DNA from: a bacterium
GTDB taxonomy: Bacteria > Patescibacteriota > Saccharimonadia > UBA4664 > JBBRNT01
Direction of reading: 5' to 3'
DNA: 63,648 nucleotides
NCBI GenBank assembly: GCA_043767845.1
Contig: JAYUFZ010000021.1
Span: 1-63,648 of the forward strand
A program made the translations under genes and the position numbers. How positions within the stretch are numbered: position 1 is the first letter of the stretch; each line of letters opens with the position of its first letter. The notes beneath the pieces were generated by a model. The model was given only the letters and a program-made list of their open reading frames with translations. It ran no database searches and was not told where the DNA came from. Below, piece after piece: positions 45,507 through 54,430 of this stretch.

Positions 45507-46742
45507 GTGGCCACAAAACAAACCGAAGAAACCTATATTGGCCTCGACATTGGTAGTACCAAGGTAACTTGTGTGGTTGGTCTGCACGAAGAGGGCGCCG
45601 CCTTTCCGAGTGTTATCGGTGTTGGCGTGGCTCCCACGAACGGTATGCGCAAGGGCGTGGTTGTTGACATTGAAGAGACAGTTAGCTCGATTACTGCCGC
45701 TGTCGATGAAGCAGAGCGTATCTCGGGTATCGGGATTGACCGTGCGACCATTAGTATAGACGGCGCACACGTTACTAGTATGAATTCCAAGGGTGTCATC
45801 GCCGTCGGCCGGGCCGACCAAGAGATTACCGTTGAAGACTTGCGCCGGGCCGAGGAGGCAGCAACAGCTGTACAGCTGCCGCCGAACCGCGAAATTCTCC
45901 AAGTATTTCCACGCTCCTATACTGTCGATGGCCAGACCAATATTAAAGACCCAGTGGGCATGAATGGCGTCCGACTCGAAGTAGAGTCCCATATTATTAC
46001 TGGCGCGACACCGGCTATCAAGAATCTGAATCGCAGTATTTATCAGGCTGGCATCGACATCGAGGGCCAGGTTCTTGTGCCGCTGGCTGCTGCCCGGGCA
46101 GTGCTTAGTAAGCGTCAGAAAGAGCTCGGAGTTGCGTTGGTAGATATTGGTGGTGGTACAACCGGACTAGCTGTTTACGAAGAGGGCGACGTACTGTACT
46201 CCAGCGTGCTACCGATCGGTGCCGGGCATATTACCAATGACCTGGCCATTGGGCTGCGTACCAATATCGATGTGGCCGAGAAGATTAAACTCAAATACGT
46301 GAAAGCCCATCCAGGTAAGGTCAACGTGAACGAGAAGATTCGGATCGAGGAGCTCGAGGGCGAGGATATGGTCATTTCACGCCGGGAGCTCAACCGTATT
46401 GCTGGTGCCCGCCTGGACGAAATCTTTGCCATGGTTCGGGCTGAGCTGCGCAAGGTGGGCAAGGACGTCATGCTACCTGCTGGCGTGGTCTTGACCGGTG
46501 GCGGAGCCAAGCTTGATGGTATCGAAGAGTTTGCCAAGGAAGCTTTGCGTTTGCCGGTGACTATTGGTAAGCCAGAGGGATTGACCGGCATGGTCGATCG
46601 GATTTCTGATCCAGCCTTCGCGGCACCGATCGGCTTGATGCTTGAGAATATGACCCATGCTGGTAGTGGCTCGAGGCCAGCGCCGGCGCTTGGCAAAACT
46701 GTCGAGCGTATCAAAAAGATGCTCGGCAACCTGCTGCCGTAA
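45507..46742 (+). CDS. ftsA: Cell division protein FtsA
   Basis: 'GLDIGSTKV', 'GMRKGVVVDIE', 'DPVGMNGVRLE', 'VDIGGGTT', 'VLTGGGAKL'. Confidence 0.98.
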   Translation: MATKQTEETYIGLDIGSTKVTCVVGLHEEGAAFPSVIGVGVAPTNGMRKGVVVDIEETVSSITAAVDEAERISGIGIDRATISIDGAHVTSMNSKGVIAVGRADQEITVEDLRRAEEAATAVQLPPNREILQVFPRSYTVDGQTNIKDPVGMNGVRLEVESHIITGATPAIKNLNRSIYQAGIDIEGQVLVPLAAARAVLSKRQKELGVALVDIGGGTTGLAVYEEGDVLYSSVLPIGAGHITNDLAIGLRTNIDVAEKIKLKYVKAHPGKVNVNEKIRIEELEGEDMVISRRELNRIAGARLDEIFAMVRAELRKVGKDVMLPAGVVLTGGGAKLDGIEEFAKEALRLPVTIGKPEGLTGMVDRISDPAFAAPIGLMLENMTHAGSGSRPAPALGKTVERIKKMLGNLLP

Positions 46743-46763
46743 TCACAGCCAGATTTGAACCCG

Positions 46764-46782
46764 AAGGCCTAACGGCCTTTTT
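46764..46782 (+). terminator. Terminator between ftsA and ftsZ
   Basis: aaggcc-taac-ggcctt then a T-run. Confidence 0.55.
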
Positions 46783-46972
46783 TGGTATTTTGGAAGCACT
46801 TTGAACACATTATTTATAGGCGGAAATAAGCCTCTAAAAAGTGAACAAATAATTTGCATTGCCTGATGTAATCGCCTATACTCAGGTTGTGTAAACGTTG
46901 CCTCGGCGCGTTTAAGAGTGAAGTTTGTGGTAAGGACTCTAGTAGTCAAATCAAAAGAGGTAAGTGAGGTAT

Positions 46973-48439
46973 ATGGCTGAGATACTTCCAGAGGTTGAAA
47001 CCTTTGCGCGTATAAAAGTAGTCGGTATCGGTGGCGGTGGTACATCTGCTGTGGAGCGGATGATTAAGTCGAAATTGCAAGGCGTAGAGTTTGTGGCGGT
47101 TAATACCGATGCGCAGGCTTTGCACTATTCGCACGCGCCGCGCAAGGTCCATATCGGTAAGCAGACCACTCGCGGCCTTGGCGCCGGAGCTGATCCTGCT
47201 GTCGGTCGTAAGGCGGCTGAAGAGAGTGAAGAAGACATCATCCAGATGCTCAAGGGCTCGGATATGGTTTTTATTACGATTGGTGCCGGGGGTGGTACGG
47301 GTAGCGGTGCCGCACCTCTGGTGGCTGCGGCCGCCAAGGAGACAGGCGCATTGGTGGTGGCCATTGCTACCCGGCCGTTCACCTTCGAAGGCGAGCGCCG
47401 TAAACGCAATGCCGACGCCGCTATTGCTGAGCTCAAGGACAATGTCGATACGCTCATCACCATCCCCAACGACCGCTTGTTGCAGATGATCGACCGTAAG
47501 ACTTCGCTACTCGACGCCTTTAGTGTCGTCGACGAAGTTTTGCAGCAGGGTGTCCAGGGTATTTCCGACTTAATTACCATCCACGGACTTATTAATCTCG
47601 ACTTTGCCGACATTAAGGCTATTATGAGCAATGCCGGTTCAGCGCTCATGGGTATCGGCAAAGCTGGTGGCGAGAACCGGGCTATTGAAGCTGCCCGCCA
47701 AGCCATCGACTCGCCATTGCTCGAAGTTTCGATCGATGGTGCCCACGGCGTATTATTCAACATTACCGGTGGTCGCAGTATGACCATGCATGAAATCGAT
47801 GAAGCCGCTAAAACTATTACCGATGCCGTAGACCCGGATGCCAATATTATCTTCGGTGCCGTGCTTGATGAGACGCTGGATGATGTTATTAAGATTACAG
47901 TGGTTGCTACTGGATTTGATGGCGTCAAGAGTCGCGACCGGGTGGAGATGAACCAAGGTGGCTATCAGAGCCCAGTGCTCATGAGCGATGCCCGCAAACC
48001 GTTTATTAATGAAACACCGCGTAGTTACCGCGAGCCTGAGCCGGTGAATGTGCCAGAACCCGAACCTATGCCAGCTTATCGCCCAGCCCAAACGTATACT
48101 CAGCAGCCCATGATACCACCGCGCCGTAGTGGGCTTGCAAGTATTGAGCCTGAGCCAGAACCCGAGCCAGTACACCAAAAGCCGGCTTTCCGAGAGCCAG
48201 AGCAGCACACTCAACCGAGTAGTAAACAGACGCATAGCTACCTCGAGGAAGAGCCAGAACCAACTTTTGATGAGCCGCAGCCGATTGAGCGCTCAGTGCG
48301 CGACTCACAGCCTAGGGAGCAGCACGAACTGCGCGCCTCGCATAACCCTAGAGAGGCTTCAGAATATGCCGATCTTTCCAGTGCCGCTAACGACGATGAC
48401 CTAGATATTCCAGCTTTCATTCGCCGGAAGGTCGAGTAA
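46973..48439 (+). CDS. ftsZ: Cell division protein FtsZ with long acidic Pro-rich linker
   Basis: 'VGIGGGG', 'NTDAQAL', 'GGGTGSG', 'INLDFAD', C-terminal '[10 protein letters not shown]'; GAGGT SD before ATG 46973. Confidence 0.98.
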   Translation: MAEILPEVETFARIKVVGIGGGGTSAVERMIKSKLQGVEFVAVNTDAQALHYSHAPRKVHIGKQTTRGLGAGADPAVGRKAAEESEEDIIQMLKGSDMVFITIGAGGGTGSGAAPLVAAAAKETGALVVAIATRPFTFEGERRKRNADAAIAELKDNVDTLITIPNDRLLQMIDRKTSLLDAFSVVDEVLQQGVQGISDLITIHGLINLDFADIKAIMSNAGSALMGIGKAGGENRAIEAARQAIDSPLLEVSIDGAHGVLFNITGGRSMTMHEIDEAAKTITDAVDPDANIIFGAVLDETLDDVIKITVVATGFDGVKSRDRVEMNQGGYQSPVLMSDARKPFINETPRSYREPEPVNVPEPEPMPAYRPAQTYTQQPMIPPRRSGLASIEPEPEPEPVHQKPAFREPEQHTQPSSKQTHSYLEEEPEPTFDEPQPIERSVRDSQPREQHELRASHNPREASEYADLSSAANDDDLDIPAFIRRKVE

Positions 48440-48456
48440 GAATACACGCAAGTGTC

Positions 48457-48493
48457 CTAAGAATATCCCTTCAATAAGGGATATTCTTAGTTT
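48457..48493 (+). terminator. Terminator after ftsZ
   Basis: 15-bp perfect stem ctaagaatatccctt-caat-aagggatattcttag. Confidence 0.75.
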
Positions 48494-48605
48494 AAGTGGG
48501 ATTGAACTAGATTTGTGTACAGGTAAAAACACCGTAATTAATTTATGTGTTCAGGACTTGGGAGGCCGGAAACGGCCGAATTGTAGGGCTAATTTATCTT
48601 GCCGA

Positions 48606-48614
48606 TGTGGATAA
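48606..48614 (-). promoter_or_regulatory. Perfect DnaA box upstream of nrdR-nrdJ
   Basis: TGTGGATAA is the reverse complement of TTATCCACA. Confidence 0.5.
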
Positions 48615-48706
48615 GTTGGGCAAAAAAGTTGGCTTTATAGCACTAGAAAAGCAAAAAATACAAAGTGCTTGTGTCCACTTAGCACTAGCGTTATAGTAAA
48701 TAGCAA

Positions 48707-48722
48707 CCACGCTATATGTGGG
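48707..48722. promoter_or_regulatory. Possible NrdR box
   Basis: Reverse complement contains CcAcATATAG, a partial match to the CwAtATaTwG core, just upstream of nrdR; no clear second box. Confidence 0.3.
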
Positions 48723-48746
48723 GGTAAGAGCAGAGGGGACCGGCTC

Positions 48747-49202
48747 GTGACATGTAGAGAATGTAGCTATCTTGACTCCAAGGTTATTGAATCGCGTGAC
48801 CTCGATGAAGGCTCAACCATTCGCCGCCGCCGGCAATGCCTAAAGTGTGGCTATCGTTTTACGACTTATGAGCGTATTGAGACACAGCATCTGTCAGTGG
48901 TAAAGAAAGATGGTCGCCGGGAGCCATTCGAGCGCGATAAAATGGCCGGCGGTATTTACCGAGCACTAGAGAAGCGCCAGGTATCGATCAGCTTGATAGA
49001 AGACATGCTCAATACTATAGAGCGCGCTATCAGGGGCAGGGGAGAAGCTGAGGTGTCCAGCGAGATGATCGGCGAGGCCGTCATGGCAGCCTTGAAGGGA
49101 ATCGACGACGTAGCCTATGTGCGCTTTGCCAGCGTCTACCGCAGTTTTACCGATGTAGCCAGCTTTGAGAGAGAATTGGAGCGCTTAAAAGCGCGTCACT
49201 GA
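48747..49202 (+). CDS. nrdR: Transcriptional repressor NrdR
   Basis: GTG start 48747; 'CRECS..DSKVIESR', 'IRRRRQCLKCGYRFTTYE', ATP cone, 'VAYVRFASVYRSF'. Confidence 0.97.
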   Translation: MTCRECSYLDSKVIESRDLDEGSTIRRRRQCLKCGYRFTTYERIETQHLSVVKKDGRREPFERDKMAGGIYRALEKRQVSISLIEDMLNTIERAIRGRGEAEVSSEMIGEAVMAALKGIDDVAYVRFASVYRSFTDVASFERELERLKARH

Positions 49203-49320
49203 AATTATTACGAGGGTTGGAGGGTGTTGTGTTGTCGTCTGCAAATTCACAGGCGGCCACGCACTAGCAGCTAACCTGCTAGCGGACTTTGAAAAGTTTT
49301 GTTAAGTATATGAATTCCTC

Positions 49321-49377
49321 GCTGGGCGGATGGGGGAGTATTTGTAGAGGGTACAAATACTCCGCTACCCGTCCAGC
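49321..49377 (+). promoter_or_regulatory. Long hairpin in the nrdJ leader
   Basis: Perfect 12-bp inner stem 49335-46/49352-63 plus outer stem 49321-29/49369-77. Confidence 0.5.
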
Positions 49378-49435
49378 AATCCGCAGTCGGGCAACACCAA
49401 GAAGCCCGCGTCTGCGGGAGGAGGAAACACCAAAA

Positions 49436-51694
49436 GTGAGTGCAACCGCATCAACTCTGCTGCCCCGGCGTGCCGGGGGATACGCAAGCATCAAGAGTGA
49501 GGTCGACAAGCTCGATCCGAGCAAGACCTTTATCCCTGGCATCCATCTGTACGCTACTGAGCGGTTCCTGGCTGGTGAGCAGCGCGAGCGTGATGACGAG
49601 TTCTACTACCTCTGCTACCGCTTGCCGGACTCGATCATCGAGCCCTACAAGACGCGGAACGTGCGCTGGGGCTTCCCAATCGGTGGTGGCAACACCCTGG
49701 GCGAGATCAACTGGTACTCCAAGTACTCGCGGGTCAAGCTCGACCAGACCAAGGAACGGTTCTGGGAGGGTTGTCGCCGAGTGATCGAGGGGATGTACTC
49801 CATTCAGAAGGAGTACGCCCTCTACCATACCCTTCCCTGGAGCGACGACACGGCGCATACTTCGGCCGCGGAAGCCTTCGACCGGCTGTTTGCCGGCAAG
49901 TGGAGCCCGCCCGGGCGCGGCTTGTGGATGATGGGGACCTTCTTCGTGAACGGCCTCCGCGATTCTAGCGCGCTGCAGAACTGCGGCTTCCTCTCAACGG
50001 CCAAGATCGGCTACCAGGGTTTCGACCCGGCCTTCCCGTTCATGCGGCTCATGGAGATGAGCATGCTCGGCGTCGGTGTCGGCTTCGACACCCGCGGCGC
50101 CGGTCGGCTCGACCTGCATCAGCCCATCCACAACAGTAACGATCCGATCGTTATCGATGACAGCCGCGAGGGCTGGTATGAGTCGGTCGCCATGCTGCTG
50201 CGCAGCTACATGCTGCCTGAACAGCTGGCTGTGCGCTTCGACTACAGCGAGATCCGACCGCTGGGGGCACTGATCGGCGGCTTCGGTGGCCGGGCGGCTG
50301 GTCCTGACCCGCTGATCCAGCTGCACAGGCGGCTGCATCACCTCCTCGACTACCGCAAGGGGGAGCAGCTGACGTCCAGTGACATCGTCGAAATCATGAA
50401 CATGATCGGCAAGTGCGTCGTGGCAGCCAATGTTCGTAGCTCGGCCGAAATCGCCCTCGGTGACCCCACGGACGAGGACTTCCTGGACCTTAAGAATCCG
50501 GCGGTCAATGCCGAACGGCTGGGGTTCATCCCTGGCCCCGATGGTTCGCCGATGGTTGGGGCCGACAAGGTCTGGCTCAAGGCTAAGGGAGGTGGTTGGG
50601 GGTACACCTCGAACAACTCAGTACTGGCTGAGGTCGGCATGAACTATGCGGGTGTTGCCCGCCGTACCGGAATCAACGGAGAGCCGGGATATGTCTGGCT
50701 GGACAATTGCCGCGGCTATGGTCGGATGGCCGACCCGCGCAACGACAAGGACCATCGGGTCATGGGCGTCAACCCCTGTGGCGAGCAACCGTTGGAAGAC
50801 AACGAGCTCTGCACGCTGGTCGAGACTTACCCCACGAATTGCGCCAACCAGGCTGACTACCTGCGGACGCTGAAGTTCGGCTACCTCTACGGCAAGACGG
50901 TCACGCTACTCATGACCCACTGGCCGGAGACAAATGAAAAGATGATCCGCAACCGGCGTATCGGTACCTCCATGTCCGGCCTGGCGATGTTCGTCGAGAG
51001 CAAGGGCTGGGCCGAGCTTGGCAAGTGGCAGAACGCTGGCTACGCCGAGATCCTGCGTTGGGACAAGATCTACTCCGAATGGCTCGGTGTGCGTGAGTCC
51101 ATCAAGGTCACGACCATCAAGCCCTCCGGCACCGTCAGCTTGCTGTTCGGTGTGACCCCCGGCGCGCACTGGCCGACAGCCCGTTCGCGCTACCTGCGCC
51201 GACTGCGCTTCACCATCACCGAGCTGATCGCTGATGCCATGAAGGCGGCTGGCTACCACGTCGAGCCGAACAGTGACAATCCCGATGTAGGGGTTGTCGT
51301 GACCTGTCCAGCACTGGGTCCCGATATCCGAGGCGACCGCGAAGTGCCGCTGTGGCAGAAGGTTGCCCTCGGCGCCCAGTGCCAGCGTGACTGGGCAGAC
51401 AATGCCGTCTCTTTGACGGCCTCGTTTGTCCCGAGCGAAGCTGACCAAATCGGTGAGATCCTCAAGGCCAACGACTTCCGTCTGAAGTCGATTTCCTTCC
51501 TGCCGCTCGGCGAGGACGACAACGATACGCCCTACCCGCAGATGCCTTACCAGAAGGTGCCGGACGCGGATTGGCAGGCTCTGGCCGATGCCATCGGACC
51601 GCTCGACTGGGACATGCTCTACGCCCAGCCGATCGCCCCCGAGGGTGAGGCCTACTGCACCACCGACGTCTGCGAGCTGCCGGCTCGCGACTGA
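49436..51694 (+). CDS. nrdJ: Class II (AdoCbl-dependent) monomeric ribonucleoside-triphosphate reductase
   Basis: 'WSPPGRGLW', 'SALQNC', 'SMLGVGVGFD', 'NVRSSAEIALG', 'NPCGEQ', 'TTIKPSGTVS', C-terminal 'YCTTDVCE'; GTG start after GGAGGAGG. Confidence 0.95.
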   Translation: MSATASTLLPRRAGGYASIKSEVDKLDPSKTFIPGIHLYATERFLAGEQRERDDEFYYLCYRLPDSIIEPYKTRNVRWGFPIGGGNTLGEINWYSKYSRVKLDQTKERFWEGCRRVIEGMYSIQKEYALYHTLPWSDDTAHTSAAEAFDRLFAGKWSPPGRGLWMMGTFFVNGLRDSSALQNCGFLSTAKIGYQGFDPAFPFMRLMEMSMLGVGVGFDTRGAGRLDLHQPIHNSNDPIVIDDSREGWYESVAMLLRSYMLPEQLAVRFDYSEIRPLGALIGGFGGRAAGPDPLIQLHRRLHHLLDYRKGEQLTSSDIVEIMNMIGKCVVAANVRSSAEIALGDPTDEDFLDLKNPAVNAERLGFIPGPDGSPMVGADKVWLKAKGGGWGYTSNNSVLAEVGMNYAGVARRTGINGEPGYVWLDNCRGYGRMADPRNDKDHRVMGVNPCGEQPLEDNELCTLVETYPTNCANQADYLRTLKFGYLYGKTVTLLMTHWPETNEKMIRNRRIGTSMSGLAMFVESKGWAELGKWQNAGYAEILRWDKIYSEWLGVRESIKVTTIKPSGTVSLLFGVTPGAHWPTARSRYLRRLRFTITELIADAMKAAGYHVEPNSDNPDVGVVVTCPALGPDIRGDREVPLWQKVALGAQCQRDWADNAVSLTASFVPSEADQIGEILKANDFRLKSISFLPLGEDDNDTPYPQMPYQKVPDADWQALADAIGPLDWDMLYAQPIAPEGEAYCTTDVCELPARD

Positions 51695-51704
51695 TCACAC
51701 AATC

Positions 51705-51748
51705 ATGGCCAGCTTCTTCTTCGGAGGAAGTTGGCCATCTTGCTTTTT
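51705..51748 (+). terminator. Terminator after nrdJ
   Basis: 15-bp stem (two G-U) with cUUCGg tetraloop, followed by ctttgcttttt-like T-rich run. Confidence 0.7.
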
Positions 51749-51756
51749 GGTAATGC

Positions 51757-52215
51757 TTGCAATCAATTTGCAGTAAAGCCATGATTAGTACACCTCGCCT
51801 TCAAGGAGTACGTATGCAAATTGACATCGGCCACAGAGAAACCATTGAGCTAAATGCCTCAGAAGAACTGGGCCATATACTGCGTGACATCCGAATCACA
51901 TACGATGCCATACTGGCCACATTGCGGATTAGTTGGCCGATTGACGGTACTTGGATCGAGTGGGTTTCAATCCCTCCATGGTGGTCAGTATTTAAAGACG
52001 CATCTCAGCACCAGTGGGCGCCGCCTGGTGATAAGAAAAGCTTTGTGCTTGGAGATGGTGAGAAGCTTGATTTCGCCCCACTGATTTATGACTACCGCAC
52101 GAAAGACTTTGTGCACCATTCTGATATCTCTGTTCAGGCAACAGCTAGTGGCTGGCTGGTTACGAGGGATATTTACGGAGATGAATACACTATGCTGCTG
52201 ATTGCGAGCGCATAA
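51757..52215 (+). CDS. Hypothetical protein
   Basis: Open frame coupled (TAATG) to the next ORF; start uncertain (51757, 51781 or 51814). Confidence 0.55.
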   Translation: MQSICSKAMISTPRLQGVRMQIDIGHRETIELNASEELGHILRDIRITYDAILATLRISWPIDGTWIEWVSIPPWWSVFKDASQHQWAPPGDKKSFVLGDGEKLDFAPLIYDYRTKDFVHHSDISVQATASGWLVTRDIYGDEYTMLLIASA

Positions 52216-52652
52216 TGAGCCAAGGCGTGGCAATCGAAGCCTTCTTTGACCGGTTCATTGCAGAATGCCTGGAGCACCCAGAGATCATTAGCCGTATCAG
52301 GGTCATGGGTGTGACTGGCAATGGACTGGTGGTTACGGTTTGCGAACCGTCCAACGGCTACTTCAAAATTTGCAGAGGCGGGGACGAATCGTTAGTGATC
52401 ATTGAGCTGGCGCCAAGCTTTCTCGATCCATCTTTCGTGCCGTCGCTGGCCGAAGTTAAAACCAAGGCCTTGTATCGCAATGGTGCTGCCATCATTACCA
52501 CCCACAACGGCGAGTTATTTCTGTCCCGTTACAGCCAGCTGGACGACAATAAGTCCGAGCATCTCGGCGATTTCCCAAGCGGTGTGGCTAGGCTGGGGTT
52601 TCAGCCAGTCGTGCTGTGGCGCCAACCTATGAAGGTCGGTGGTGCGGCCTAG
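52215..52652 (+). CDS. Hypothetical protein
   Basis: 145-aa ORF followed by a hairpin and T-run. Confidence 0.55.
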   Translation: MSQGVAIEAFFDRFIAECLEHPEIISRIRVMGVTGNGLVVTVCEPSNGYFKICRGGDESLVIIELAPSFLDPSFVPSLAEVKTKALYRNGAAIITTHNGELFLSRYSQLDDNKSEHLGDFPSGVARLGFQPVVLWRQPMKVGGAA

Positions 52653-52705
52653 CCGGTGTTTTGTCTCAAGCAGACGAAATGCCGGCGTTTTTTGTTGGGG
52701 GCCGT

Positions 52706-52885
52706 TTGACAACTCAAACAACCAAGGTATATAGTAACTCCCATGAAGTCCCATATTGTCGCAGTCATGAATGTCCTAGCAGTCTCGATTAAGAGCCTGG
52801 ACCTTCGCGTACCCGACAACCTAGAGACTTAGCCCAACCCAACCAGCAATTATTCGACTAAGTCTCTAGCAATAGAGGCTTTTTT
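52706..52885 (+). promoter_or_regulatory. Leader-peptide transcription attenuator
   Basis: TTGACA-18-TATAGT promoter; 1:2 (52781-86/52824-29), 2:3 (52821-32/52858-69, 12 bp perfect) and 3:4 terminator (gtctcta-gcaa-tagaggc-TTTTTT). Confidence 0.75.
52743..52832 (+). CDS. 29-aa Val-rich leader peptide
   Basis: MKSHIVAVMNVLAVSIKSLDLRVPDNLET*; four GTC codons within nine codons; stop lies inside segment 2. Confidence 0.65.
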   Translation: MKSHIVAVMNVLAVSIKSLDLRVPDNLET

Positions 52886-52936
52886 GATAGCTAGTGGGGA
52901 ATTGACAACCCGATCCATCCAGTCAAAGGAGCAAAT

Positions 52937-53230
52937 GTGGCAAAGCCCCGAGTAGATGTGGCAGTACCGAGTTGTAAGCTGAGCTTTGGCGGCCAGCAAC
53001 CATCCTCGCCTCAGTCGGTGATTAATGCGCTTGTGGCTCATGGCGTTGAGGTAGATGAGCGCGACGAGCAGTTCAGCAAGCGTATTTCCCGCGGTTGGTC
53101 GCAAACAATTCAGCTTCCGCAGGGTTGCGAAGTCGACCAGCTACGAGCAGCGCTCTCACCATTGGGCGCTCTTCTCACCCCCAAGAACTACGACAATCTT
53201 CGACCCTACCAGGGAAAGGCCCAGTCATAA
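52937..53230 (+). CDS. Hypothetical protein, first gene after the attenuator
   Basis: AAGGAG SD 5 nt before GTG. Confidence 0.6.
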   Translation: MAKPRVDVAVPSCKLSFGGQQPSSPQSVINALVAHGVEVDERDEQFSKRISRGWSQTIQLPQGCEVDQLRAALSPLGALLTPKNYDNLRPYQGKAQS

Positions 53231-53448
53231 TGGCTAACCATGCGGATAGGCAAGCATCGATGCACAAGACCTACGAGCTCCTTGCGCACCTCAACCCCGA
53301 CCGCATCCGCCGACTGTTCGAAGGCGTCACGGTTGTGAAGCCAAAAGCACACAAAATCCGCACCGGCGCGCGGGTGGTCATCGACTACGGCGGCCTTGAC
53401 GAAGCCGCACGTCATCGTCTTTTCGCCCACGGCCGTTTCCTTACCTGA
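53230..53448 (+). CDS. 72-aa hypothetical protein
   Basis: TAATG overlap; MANHADRQASMHKTYELLAHLNPDRIRRLFEG..., in frame with track ORF 53095-53448. Confidence 0.55.
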   Translation: MANHADRQASMHKTYELLAHLNPDRIRRLFEGVTVVKPKAHKIRTGARVVIDYGGLDEAARHRLFAHGRFLT

Positions 53449-53461
53449 AAGGTTCACAACT

Positions 53462-53611
53462 GTGTCCGCAACCGATGCCCAACTCGAACAACTCGAAGCC
53501 ATGAAACGCGCGGCCTTGCTGCCCAAAGTGGCGCCACCAACCGCCCCAATGGACCCCAAGCTCGAAGCTGAGCGTGACGCCTATGTCGCTGGCCTCAGAC
53601 ACAGCGATTGA
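53462..53611 (+). CDS. 49-aa hypothetical protein
   Basis: GTG after AAAGG; in frame with track ORF 53396-53611; followed by a 13-bp hairpin at 53636-65. Confidence 0.45.
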   Translation: MSATDAQLEQLEAMKRAALLPKVAPPTAPMDPKLEAERDAYVAGLRHSD

Positions 53612-53687
53612 TTGACCAACCGACCATCCATTTTTGGCCCCAGAACGCAGCAGCGTTCTGGGGCCGCTTCATGCTATTATAGGTGTG

Positions 53688-53945
53688 ATGCAAGTTACTA
53701 TTTTATACCCAACCCACAGCCCTCTAGAGCGCGAGGCCGAAGTGTTGGCTAAGCGCCTATCTGACTTTCGGATTGAGCCCCGGATGGTCAATAGTGAGAG
53801 CCGGGAGTATGACGCCATGCGTGAAACATATAGCATTCTCGGCTCGCCGGCGATTTTTTTGACCCGTGATGACGGCAGCATGGTCGAGAGTTGGCAGAAT
53901 AGCTGGCCGCTGGCTGAAGACATCAGTTATTTGTACCACATGTAA
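53688..53945 (+). CDS. Small thioredoxin-fold-like protein lacking CxxC
   Basis: 'YSILGSPAIFLTRDDG.MVESW' resembles the thioredoxin cis-Pro region; leaderless TATTAT-7nt-ATG. Confidence 0.55.
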   Translation: MQVTILYPTHSPLEREAEVLAKRLSDFRIEPRMVNSESREYDAMRETYSILGSPAIFLTRDDGSMVESWQNSWPLAEDISYLYHM

Positions 53946-54214
53946 TGCTAGTAGTAATCATGGTCACCTTCATCGATCTGGCTAGCATTATTTTCAATGT
54001 GCTCATTTTTCTGCGAGTTATACTGAGCTGGTTCTCCAAGCCGGAGAGTAGCCGCTTTCATAAATTTGTTTACGATCTGACCGAGCCACTACTCGGGCCA
54101 ATTCGCAAATTAGTCCCAATGGGCGGTGTCATCGACGTGTCTCCGATAATTGCCTACATTATCTTGCAACTGCTCTCGACCGGCGCGCATATGTTGCTGG
54201 GAAAGTTGGTTTAA
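53945..54214 (+). CDS. yggT: YggT family membrane protein
   Basis: 'RVILSWF', 'LTEPLLGPIRKLVP.GG.IDVSPII'. Confidence 0.93.
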   Translation: MLVVIMVTFIDLASIIFNVLIFLRVILSWFSKPESSRFHKFVYDLTEPLLGPIRKLVPMGGVIDVSPIIAYIILQLLSTGAHMLLGKLV

Positions 54215-54261
54215 GCTATACTATAGCCACAATCTGACATACATCCCCGCCGTCGGCGGGG

Positions 54262-54426
54262 TGAGTGGCCATCAACCACGAAGGTAGCCGAAAGAACGTC
54301 CTAGGACTAGTAGAACCGGCCGCACGGCGAGCGTAAACGTCCAATGAAGTCCACCAAGCAGGGTGGCACCTTCCGTATTTATGACGGGGCCCTGCAAATC
54401 GTGGATTTTTTATTTGCTAAAGGAGT
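54262..54426 (+). promoter_or_regulatory. T-box riboswitch, ultrashort-stem-I (actinobacterial ileS) type
   Basis: Stem I gtgg-ccATCaa-ccac with Ile AUC specifier (54271-73); stem II 'tagccgaaagaac...tagtagaacc'; antiterminator gcaggg-TGGCACC-ttccgt/acgggg-ccctgc. Confidence 0.85.
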
Positions 54427-54430
54427 TTAT

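Noticed and set aside
49203-49435. Cobalamin riboswitch upstream of nrdJ
   Set aside because: The conserved B12-element motifs (GGGAA, the GCCACUG-like B12 box, AGYCAGRAGACC) were not found; only generic hairpins are present.
49289-49435. N-terminal extension of NrdJ from the TTG at 49289
   Set aside because: The region is hairpin-rich and non-protein-like; a strong SD supports GTG 49436.
49436-51694. Intein or intron in nrdJ
   Set aside because: Conserved motifs run in order with no large insertion or intein boundary motif.
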